NCBI GenBank assembly: GCA_044228465.1 | Contig: JBGAUU010000016.1 | Span: 1-32,000, forward strand | Source: Cyclobacteriaceae bacterium | GTDB lineage: Bacteria; Bacteroidota; Bacteroidia; Cytophagales; Cyclobacteriaceae | Direction: 5' to 3' | Length of the DNA stretch: 32,000 bases | In this document: piece by piece, positions 1 through 7,960 of the stretch | Layout of the letters: each line of letters opens with the position of its first letter | How positions within the stretch are numbered: position 1 is the stretch's first letter | Made by a program: the position numbers and the translations under genes | Notes under the pieces: model-generated | What the model was told of the DNA's origin: nothing | What the model saw: the letters and a program-made list of their open reading frames with translations, nothing else | The model's database searches: none

Positions 1-41
1 AGTAAAGTTATTATTAGTTCAATTGTCAATAATTTGGCTGA

Positions 42-1373
42 ATGACACAAAATGTAAAATCGCCAGACGAAGGTTTGAAGCGCGCCATAGGTCCTACCGC
101 ATTGGCAGCCAATGTTATCAACCTTACAATCGGAGCCGGCATCTTTGTTCTTCCCGCCAAAGTATACGAAAGCCTGGGGGCAGCAAGTATTTTAGCCTAC
201 CTGATTTGTGGCGTGCTCATATTTCTGGTGATGCTATGTTTTGCAGAAGTGGGTAGCCGTGTAACCCGAACGGGTGGTGCTTACGCGTATGTAGAAAGTG
301 CTTATGGCCCATTTTTCGGATTCATTACCAGCAATCTATATTGGTTTGGTTTTGGATTGATAAGTGATGCTGCAATTATCAACGCTATGGCCGAGATGTT
401 ATCTACCGTTTATGCGCCTTTTCATCATCCTGTTGTGAAAGGATTATTTTTTACTATTAGCTTTCTGCTTTTAGGATACATTAATGTGCGAGGGGTAAAA
501 TATGGTTCGCAACTAGTTGAGTTCATAACATTTGCCAAATTACTCCCACTGGTTTTGCTGATTCTTGTAGGCTGGACTACGGTTGAAACTAACAATCTGA
601 ATGTAAGCGGTTGGCCGGGATGGACTAATCTTGGTGAGGCATCCCTAATTTTATTTTTTGCTTATGGCGGTGCCGAAGCTTCTCTTACTGTAAGCGGTGA
701 AATAAAAAATCCGGGTAGAACAGTTCCTATTGGTATTTTATGGGGAATTTTCATTGTTGTCATTATCTATGCCACTATTCATTTAATCACACAAGGAATA
801 CTTGGATCAAATCTGTTGGAGTATAAAGACGCTCCCCTATCACAAGCTGCCAGTTTAATTTTTGGACCGGCCGGTGTTATTTTGATTTTAGTTTGTGCTG
901 CCATTTCTATTTGGGGTGCTATTAGTGGGGATATACTCACCATGCCTCGATTTCTTTTTGCAGCTTCGCAAGACAAACTTTTTCCCTCTTTTCTTTCCAA
1001 GATACATCCTCGCTATGCCACGCCTTATTGGTCGATAATTATATATGCAGGACTAGGTTTACTGTTCTCACTTTTAGGTGGATTTAAACAACTCGCCCTT
1101 CTATCTAGCGCTGCCATTTTAATAACTTATCTGGCAGTAATATTATCTGCAATTAAACTTCGCATCGATGGCCTTAAAAGTAACGGGTTTGTAATTCCCG
1201 GAGGATTAACAATTCACTTCATCGCATTATCTACCATCATTTGGTTTCTTACGCATTTGTCAGCTAATGAACTCTGGTCTATTGCCGGGGCCCTTACATT
1301 CTTCTCGGTAGTGTATTATTTTCGCAAAAAATATTTGATTCAATCAGAAATCAGCGCTACGCAGTCTGAATAA
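42..1373 (+). CDS. APC-superfamily amino acid permease
   Basis: 443-aa ORF with ATG at 42. It is hydrophobic along its whole length (about 12 TM segments). The N-terminal GAGIFVLPA motif is typical of amino acid/polyamine/organocation transporters. Confidence 0.85.
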   Translation: MTQNVKSPDEGLKRAIGPTALAANVINLTIGAGIFVLPAKVYESLGAASILAYLICGVLIFLVMLCFAEVGSRVTRTGGAYAYVESAYGPFFGFITSNLYWFGFGLISDAAIINAMAEMLSTVYAPFHHPVVKGLFFTISFLLLGYINVRGVKYGSQLVEFITFAKLLPLVLLILVGWTTVETNNLNVSGWPGWTNLGEASLILFFAYGGAEASLTVSGEIKNPGRTVPIGILWGIFIVVIIYATIHLITQGILGSNLLEYKDAPLSQAASLIFGPAGVILILVCAAISIWGAISGDILTMPRFLFAASQDKLFPSFLSKIHPRYATPYWSIIIYAGLGLLFSLLGGFKQLALLSSAAILITYLAVILSAIKLRIDGLKSNGFVIPGGLTIHFIALSTIIWFLTHLSANELWSIAGALTFFSVVYYFRKKYLIQSEISATQSE

Positions 1374-1391
1374 AACCAATACACCCAAAAA

Positions 1392-1399
1392 TAGTTTTG
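1392..1399 (+). promoter_or_regulatory. Candidate Bacteroidetes -7 promoter box (TAGTTTTG, matching TAnnTTTG)
   Basis: Exact match to the TAnnTTTG consensus, about 31 nt upstream of the ATG at 1430. I saw no convincing -33 element. Confidence 0.3.
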
Positions 1400-1429
1400 G
1401 CTTTGAAAAATCAACCGTATAATTACGCT

Positions 1430-3076
1430 ATGGTGAAGAGTTTTATTTATACGATTTGCTTTTTGGAGGCTTCTATTGTTTGTGCACAACATTCCCCTAC
1501 AACAGCCTTTGAGCATAAAAAATTGGATAGCATTGTTTATCTCAACGAACGATCAAAAACTTTTCTTTACGACTCCACTACGCTCTCCATCCAATCTGCA
1601 AGCCAAGCCATTCGCTTAGCGCGGTCCATTCGGAATTTAAAATGGGAAGCCATTTCAATGGTAAGTTTGGCTGAAGGCTATTTAATTAACGACTTGTACG
1701 ATAAAGCGCTGGAATACAATCTGCAAGCATTAGAAATATTACAGAAAATAGAAGCTCGTGAAGATGTTTCAATTCCACTTACCTCTCTCGGCTGGTTGTA
1801 TTACGATATTGGCGATGCCGAAAATTCATTGAAATATCATCGGATGGCTTATGACGTGATCAAAATGGGTACTGACACATTTAAAATTTCCACAGCAATC
1901 AATGCCATTGGCCTTGACTATTCGCTCAAGAAGGAATACAACAATGCATTGCCTTATTTTAAAAAAGCACTCGAGTTAGGAATGGCTATCGATAATGATT
2001 TACGCATCAGCGCCAGCTTGAATAATCTGGCCGATGCCCAAATTGAACTTGGCGATTATGATGCCGCTGATAGTGCACTTCAAATTGCTCTAAGACATTT
2101 ATCCAAAATCAAAGATGTGCTGAGGACTGCCGAAACCATTTCCAATCTCGGAAATTTATATACGCATTTGGGCAAATACCGTGAAGCCCTCTCCTATTTA
2201 GATCAATCGAGTCAGTTACTGGATCATTCAAAGTCTAACGCCAAAAAGGAAATTCAATTAAACAATGCATTTCTTTACGCACAACTATTTGAAAAAACTG
2301 GCGATTATCGCAAGGCTTTTGAAAATCTAAAATTGCATCACGAAATGTATGAACAAATTCTGTCGGATGTTAAAAAGAAACGCATTGCGCAAAAAAAGGC
2401 AGAGATCGAAATTCAGCAGAAAGAGAAATTAATTGAATCACTTGAGAAAGATCGGGAGTTGCGCATCACGCAACGAAATGCAACCGCTATCGCCATAATT
2501 TTATTCTCTATTGTTGGATTTGCGTTTTATAGTCGCGAGCGCAAGTTGCGCATTAAAGAAGCCGAATTATCAAAGATTCACGAGGCCCTTATCTTATCTG
2601 ACCTAGAAAAAATTGAAGTAGAAAAGCAGCTACTGAACAACAAACTAGAGTATAAAAATACTGAAATCACCAACTTTGCACTTCACATTTCACAGCGCAA
2701 CGAATGGATGAATCAGTTTGTGAGCGACTTGCAACAAATCCGCAAAAAACCAAAAACAGAAGCTAATACGGAAATTGATAAGCTCATCAGGCGATTTAGC
2801 AACAACGAACAGATTAGTAAGGATACAGAACATTTTCATATTAATATTGAAACGGAGTACAAAGACTTTCTCTACAACCTGCAAAAGCGCTTTCCTGATC
2901 TGACCGAAAACGAAAAACGATTGTGTGCGCAGGTAAGGCTCAATCTGTCAATAAAAGACATCGCCTCCATCAATAACATTTCTGTCAAATCGGTAGAAAT
3001 GGCCAGATACAGGCTGCGCAAAAAATTTGGATTGAACCATGAGGACAACCTGACTGAGTTCTTGAAAAATTTCTGA
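1430..3076 (+). CDS. Membrane-spanning TPR-repeat sensor with C-terminal LuxR/FixJ-type HTH (one-component regulator)
   Basis: I prefer the ATG at 1430 (MVKSFIYTICFLEASIVCAQ, signal-like) over the TTG at 1397. TPR-like repeats cover roughly aa 60-330, followed by a coiled-coil and a TM helix (ATAIAIILFSIVGFAFY). The C-terminus TENEKRLCAQVRLNLSIKDIASINNISVKSVEMARYRLRKKFG looks like a LuxR-type HTH. Confidence 0.75.
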   Translation: MVKSFIYTICFLEASIVCAQHSPTTAFEHKKLDSIVYLNERSKTFLYDSTTLSIQSASQAIRLARSIRNLKWEAISMVSLAEGYLINDLYDKALEYNLQALEILQKIEAREDVSIPLTSLGWLYYDIGDAENSLKYHRMAYDVIKMGTDTFKISTAINAIGLDYSLKKEYNNALPYFKKALELGMAIDNDLRISASLNNLADAQIELGDYDAADSALQIALRHLSKIKDVLRTAETISNLGNLYTHLGKYREALSYLDQSSQLLDHSKSNAKKEIQLNNAFLYAQLFEKTGDYRKAFENLKLHHEMYEQILSDVKKKRIAQKKAEIEIQQKEKLIESLEKDRELRITQRNATAIAIILFSIVGFAFYSRERKLRIKEAELSKIHEALILSDLEKIEVEKQLLNNKLEYKNTEITNFALHISQRNEWMNQFVSDLQQIRKKPKTEANTEIDKLIRRFSNNEQISKDTEHFHINIETEYKDFLYNLQKRFPDLTENEKRLCAQVRLNLSIKDIASINNISVKSVEMARYRLRKKFGLNHEDNLTEFLKNF

Positions 3077-3152
3077 TCTACCCTTATCAAAAGACTATCC
3101 TAAAAGTGCCTTGACACTTCAAAAACCTCTTTTTTTAACCTATTCAATCGGT

Positions 3153-3171
3153 TGTAGAGGCAATGTAGAGG
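3153..3171 (+). promoter_or_regulatory. Direct repeat TGTAGAGG-N3-TGTAGAGG (11-bp period), a candidate operator upstream of susC
   Basis: TGTAGAGG occurs at 3153-3160 and again at 3164-3171. Both copies lie in the 170-nt gap between the LuxR-type regulator and the SusC start. Confidence 0.3.
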
Positions 3172-3246
3172 TCTAAAATTTTCAATTCCTATTACTCAAA
3201 AACACCTTTGCGAGTGTCGGAAATTTTAAACCCAACCAAATTTTCT

Positions 3247-6200
3247 ATGAAAAAACTACTACTAATGAATGGGCGAAGGCTTCTACTTTGTTGCCTTATG
3301 GCTGCATGTAGTCTGGCTGCATGGGCACAAAGCCCAACTGTAAAAGGCAAGGTAACCGATTCGCAAACCAATGAAGGATTGCCGGGCGTTAACGTGTTGA
3401 TAAAAGGAACCACCAACGGTACTACAACCGATGCTGACGGAAATTATTCCATCACACTTAGCGGAGGAAATGTTATCTCATTTTCATTCATCGGCTATAA
3501 ATCGGTGGATGTTAATGCGGAAAATCAAACTACCATTGATGTAAAACTTCAATCTGACATTACATCGCTGGAGGAAGTGGTGGTGGTAGGTTATGGCACA
3601 CAAAAGAAAAGTGATGTAACCGGAGCAATTTCTTCTACCAAAGGCGAAGAGCTTAGAAAATTTGCAACCAACTCTCCTGCCGATGCATTACAGGGGCAAG
3701 TAGCCGGAGTAATGATTCGCAGAAATAGCGGCAGTGCCACAGCAGGTGTTGATATTACCATACGTGGTATGCGAGGATGGGGAAATAACTTTCCTCTGGT
3801 GATCATTGATGGAATTCAGGGTAACATAAACAATGTGAACCCAGAAGACATTCAATCTATTGAAGTGCTGAAAGATGCAGCTGCTGCTTCTATTTATGGC
3901 TCAACGGCTGCCAATGGAGTAATTCTGATTACAACTAAAAAAGCAAAGGCAGGAGAAATAAAGATTGATTTCACTGCCTATGCTGGTGCCGATCAAATTT
4001 CTAAAAAACTTCAATTCATGGACAAGGATCAGTGGCTTAAAATGGCTCGGGCAGTAGCCCCTACTAATGCCAGTAACCCCACCCCCAATTTTTTAGCACC
4101 TAATCAATCCTATGCAAATACCAATTGGTTTGACGAAACCTACAAAGGGGATGGTGCCTTTCAAAATTATAACATCGCTTTAAGCGGAGCTACCGACCAT
4201 TTAACCTATTTGATTTCCGGTGGTATGACCAATCGTAATTCAGTGATTCTCACTGAAGGCAGAGAGCGAAAAAATGCGCGACTGAAGCTTGGTGTTAAAC
4301 AAGGTATTTTTTCTGCCGATGCAAACATTTCATACCAAATTACAAATGACAAATATTTTCAGGGAAATCTGTTTAATGTGTATGAGGCAGCGCCTATTGT
4401 TCCTCTTTATGATCCAACAACTACCTCAGGATTTGGATATCGAAAAGCTAATTGGAGTGATTTGCCGGATGTGGTCAATCCTATTGGAGCTAACAAATAC
4501 ACCAAGTCAACATTTAGAAACGATTACATCACTACCAATTTGCAAACATCACTTGAGCCCATGAAGGGTCTTAAGTTGACTGGCCGTGTGGGTATTGAGC
4601 AATATTTCGATTATAGCTTTTACCATCAGCGCCCGTTCCGCGGCCAGTACAAAGATTCTGTGCGCTTCCATACGGTAAGCGAAACGTATGCTAAAACGGT
4701 TACATCAGTGTATGAGGGATTTGCTACTTATCAGAAGCAAGTCGATAGACACAATTTTGATGCAATGATCGGAGCAGCACTTCAAAACTATACCTATAGC
4801 ACTACCTATGCAGCAGTAGAAGGTCGCGACAATGGCACACCACCAAAACCTGTCGGGTTTATTGACCCGAATTTTGAAACACTGAATGCCGGCAATGGAG
4901 GTATTTACAGTGCCAGCGGCTATAACATTGAATCCAATCGCATCTCCTACTTCGGTAGAATAAACTACAACTACGACAATAAATATTTTGCACAAGTTTC
5001 TATAAGACGCGATGCTTCCTCTCGCTTTGGACCCGCCAAGCGCGTAGGAGTATTTCCTTCCGTGGCGTTGGGTTGGACGATTACTGAAGAAAGTTTCTTT
5101 CAAGTGCCAGTTATCTCCAGTTTAAAATTGCGCGCCAGCTATGGTGAATTAGGAAGCGAAAGCAATTTGGGGACATACGATTGGCAAGTGAACACACAAG
5201 GTGCGGGTGCTTATCCGTTCGGAACCACCGAGGCACAACGTGCTGCTACCACTTTCAGGAAGTTGGAAAATGTTAATTTGGGATGGGAAACTTCCATAAC
5301 GACCAACGTAGGCTTGGATTTCGGTTTGGTTAAAAACAGAGTGACTGGTTCTGTTAATTACTATTCTCGCACTACTCAAGATTTAATTATTGATCCAAGC
5401 CTTCCTCCATCTACTGGTGGTGACGCTCCAAAATCTAATTTGGGTGATGTTAAAAATACAGGATTTGAAATTGAAACAAACTACAAAACCAATTTGGGCC
5501 CTGTAGCATTTACAGTAGGCGCCACTTATTCATATAATACAAATATTGTCACGCGCACCAACATTCCTACTTTTGAATTGCTAGGCGATGGCACTATTCC
5601 GAACCGAGACAACGGGCCCGCCAACCGCACCAGACTAAATTATCCGGTGGGAGGATTTTTCCTTTATCAAGCAGAAGGCATATTTAAAACGAATGCTGAA
5701 TTGGCCGGCTACCCGCATCAGGCAGCACCCGCTGTCGATCCTGCAAATGCTGCGCAGGTAGGCGATGTAAAATTCAAAGATGTAAATAAGGATGGCGTAT
5801 TAGACAATTCAGATCTGGTATATGCCGGAAGCGGAATTCCATCGAATCTTTATGGTTTGAATCTGGGCGCACAATACAAAGGATTTGATGTGAGCGTAAC
5901 ACTCTATGCAGCCACCGGATTTAAAATATACAACGCTGTTCGCCAAGCTTACTCGACATTATCGGGTTATAGCAATCAATTGGCATCAGCAAGCAACTTC
6001 TATACCGCTACAAATACGGCAACGGATATACCGCGTGCTGTGTGGAGTGACCCCAACAGAAATACAACTCGCAACTCAATACGTTTTCTTGAAGATGGAG
6101 ATTATCTAAGAGTGCGCAACATTCAGATTGGTTACACCCTTCCAAAAGAGCTTGTGAAAAAAGTAGGACTTAACCAATTTAGAGTTTACGTCAGTGGGCA

Positions 6201-6330
6201 GAACCTGTTTACAGTTACATCTTATACTGGTGTAGATCCGGAAGTTGGTGGAACACGAAATGCAGGAACTGATTTTTCCAGAACTCCCTATGTGAAGACA
6301 TTCTTAGCAGGTGTACAAATGTCATTTTAA
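3247..6330 (+). CDS. susC: SusC/RagA-family TonB-dependent outer-membrane transporter
   Basis: The ATG at 3247 gives the signal peptide MKKLLLMNGRRLLLCCLMAACSLAAWAQ. This is followed by a carboxypeptidase-regulatory-like domain (KGKVTDSQTNEGLPGVNVLIKGTTNGTTTDADGNYS) and a plug region (VVVVGYGTQKKSDVTGAISS). The beta-barrel ends in a terminal F, and the gene sits immediately upstream of susD. Confidence 0.9.
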   Translation: MKKLLLMNGRRLLLCCLMAACSLAAWAQSPTVKGKVTDSQTNEGLPGVNVLIKGTTNGTTTDADGNYSITLSGGNVISFSFIGYKSVDVNAENQTTIDVKLQSDITSLEEVVVVGYGTQKKSDVTGAISSTKGEELRKFATNSPADALQGQVAGVMIRRNSGSATAGVDITIRGMRGWGNNFPLVIIDGIQGNINNVNPEDIQSIEVLKDAAAASIYGSTAANGVILITTKKAKAGEIKIDFTAYAGADQISKKLQFMDKDQWLKMARAVAPTNASNPTPNFLAPNQSYANTNWFDETYKGDGAFQNYNIALSGATDHLTYLISGGMTNRNSVILTEGRERKNARLKLGVKQGIFSADANISYQITNDKYFQGNLFNVYEAAPIVPLYDPTTTSGFGYRKANWSDLPDVVNPIGANKYTKSTFRNDYITTNLQTSLEPMKGLKLTGRVGIEQYFDYSFYHQRPFRGQYKDSVRFHTVSETYAKTVTSVYEGFATYQKQVDRHNFDAMIGAALQNYTYSTTYAAVEGRDNGTPPKPVGFIDPNFETLNAGNGGIYSASGYNIESNRISYFGRINYNYDNKYFAQVSIRRDASSRFGPAKRVGVFPSVALGWTITEESFFQVPVISSLKLRASYGELGSESNLGTYDWQVNTQGAGAYPFGTTEAQRAATTFRKLENVNLGWETSITTNVGLDFGLVKNRVTGSVNYYSRTTQDLIIDPSLPPSTGGDAPKSNLGDVKNTGFEIETNYKTNLGPVAFTVGATYSYNTNIVTRTNIPTFELLGDGTIPNRDNGPANRTRLNYPVGGFFLYQAEGIFKTNAELAGYPHQAAPAVDPANAAQVGDVKFKDVNKDGVLDNSDLVYAGSGIPSNLYGLNLGAQYKGFDVSVTLYAATGFKIYNAVRQAYSTLSGYSNQLASASNFYTATNTATDIPRAVWSDPNRNTTRNSIRFLEDGDYLRVRNIQIGYTLPKELVKKVGLNQFRVYVSGQNLFTVTSYTGVDPEVGGTRNAGTDFSRTPYVKTFLAGVQMSF

Positions 6331-6348
6331 CTATTCAGAAGCAACACT

Positions 6349-7869
6349 ATGAAAAAAACAATAACATATATATGCATTGCTGTTATAGCAGTGGCATGTA
6401 ATGAAGATGCCTTACTCAACCAAAATCCAAAAGATCAAGCAACCTCGGCACAGTTTTGGAAAAACGAAGCCGATGCTCAAACTGCACTGATTCATCCTTA
6501 CAGCAAATTGCGTATTGGCGACCGCTGGGAGCACGTGGAAGCCGGATGGACAGTGGAAAACTTCCGTGACGATTTTACACAACCTGGCGCGGACGCGTCT
6601 AACTATCCTGATTGGACGGATGTATCGAGCTTAACGGTAAAATCAAATAATAGTCAGATTTGGGTTTACTGGGCAAGCAACTATGAAGGTATTTATGGAA
6701 GCAACCTAGTAATGGAGAATGTAAGCAAGATGACTACAGCACAAATAAGTGATGATGCTAAGAAAAAGATCATTGCACAAGCAAGATTTCTTCGCGCCTA
6801 TTTTCATCTGCGCTTAATTAAAGTTTGGGATCGAATTATTTTGCGCGACAAAACACCGAAAGATGCTACTACAGCCAGCACTCCCCTTTCCGATAGAGTT
6901 ACCGTTTTGACATTCCTCGAAAATGAATTCAAGCAAGCAGCCATCGATTTACCAACTACATGGCCAAACGAAGATTTTGCCCGTATTACTAAAGGTGCAG
7001 CATTAGGCTTTTGGGGAACTACTCTCTTATACCAAAAGAAATATGCGGAAGCTGCAACGGCACTTAAACAGGTAATCGATTTAGGAGTTTACCAATTGGA
7101 TACAAATTTCTTGTCGTTGTTTGATGGTACCAATGAGAATAACAAAGAAGTTATCCTTCAGGTAAAATTTACCAATGCTACCTTAAACGGTGCCACTTTC
7201 CGCTATATGTCAATTGGTGGTTTGCAGGCCACTGAAATTGGTGGATGGGAAAGTTGGATACCAACACAAAAATTATTGAATGAAGTAAAGCAAGAAGGTA
7301 AAACATCAACCGTAGCCGGTAAATACGATGCGCGCGCTTATGCTACTTTATTTTTTAACGATGCAACTGTAGACGTATTTGGTCAGACCTACGCCAGTGT
7401 ATTTGGTGCCGGATCAAATAAAATATCTTTTAGAAAATTCCTGTATTCAGGGGGAACAAATGGAGCGCAATTCGGACTATCATCATACATCGATCAACCG
7501 ATATTGCGCTATGCTGATATTTTATTGATGCGAGCGGAGGCCTTGAATGAAACGGGTGATGCGGCAGGAGCCCTCGCTTTGATAAATGAAGTTCGCGATA
7601 AACATGGAAAGATGCCACCCCTTGCAACCAACTTATCTAAAGCACAAACTTTTGCGGCACTCGTACACGAGCGCGCCATGGAGTTTGCGATGGAAGGTAG
7701 TAGATATTACGATCTCGTGCGTTGGGGTGATGCAATGCTGGAAACAGAAATAAAAAACAGTGGCAAAGCAGGTGTTAGTTCGTTCACTGCCGCCAACAAA
7801 TTCATTCTGATACCACAAAATGAAGTCGAGACAAACCCGAATCTGGGGCCTTTGGTAAACGGAAGATAA
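6349..7869 (+). CDS. susD: SusD/RagB-family outer-membrane lipoprotein
   Basis: Lipoprotein signal MKKTITYICIAVIAVAC. Contains the typical SusD segment ILRYADILLMRAEALNETGD. It starts 18 nt after susC. Confidence 0.9.
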   Translation: MKKTITYICIAVIAVACNEDALLNQNPKDQATSAQFWKNEADAQTALIHPYSKLRIGDRWEHVEAGWTVENFRDDFTQPGADASNYPDWTDVSSLTVKSNNSQIWVYWASNYEGIYGSNLVMENVSKMTTAQISDDAKKKIIAQARFLRAYFHLRLIKVWDRIILRDKTPKDATTASTPLSDRVTVLTFLENEFKQAAIDLPTTWPNEDFARITKGAALGFWGTTLLYQKKYAEAATALKQVIDLGVYQLDTNFLSLFDGTNENNKEVILQVKFTNATLNGATFRYMSIGGLQATEIGGWESWIPTQKLLNEVKQEGKTSTVAGKYDARAYATLFFNDATVDVFGQTYASVFGAGSNKISFRKFLYSGGTNGAQFGLSSYIDQPILRYADILLMRAEALNETGDAAGALALINEVRDKHGKMPPLATNLSKAQTFAALVHERAMEFAMEGSRYYDLVRWGDAMLETEIKNSGKAGVSSFTAANKFILIPQNEVETNPNLGPLVNGR

Positions 7870-7884
7870 TAATTAAAAAAGCAT

Positions 7885-7920
7885 AGAAGGGGGCACACTG
7901 TTTGTGCCCTTCTTCTATCA
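7885..7920 (+). terminator. Hairpin with T-rich tail after susD
   Basis: agaagggggcac / gtgcccttct pair (about 10 bp with a 2-nt bulge) around a 7-nt loop, followed by tcttctatcattt. Confidence 0.45.
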
Positions 7921-7960
7921 TTTATACCCACATTCGCTCACTGATCTAAATAAATTTAGA

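Noticed and set aside
3208-3246. Upstream alternative starts offered by the ORF track (TTG 3208 for SusC, likewise 1397, 7904, 25608, 27777 and 27787)
   Set aside because: In each case a downstream ATG is immediately followed by a clean signal peptide or conserved N-terminus. The 7904 extension also overlaps a terminator-like hairpin, and several of the extensions begin with TTG.
4705-5103. Antisense or overlapping ORFs inside large genes (for example 4705-5103, 17075-17479, 17325-17675, 17934-18308, 21371-22069, 22711-23061, 23697-24002, 25543-25890, 26746-27072, 28365-28748, 30980-31336)
   Set aside because: All lie entirely within, and opposite to or out of frame with, ORFs that have strong family-level motifs. 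None shows recognisable motifs, so I treat them as shadow ORFs.
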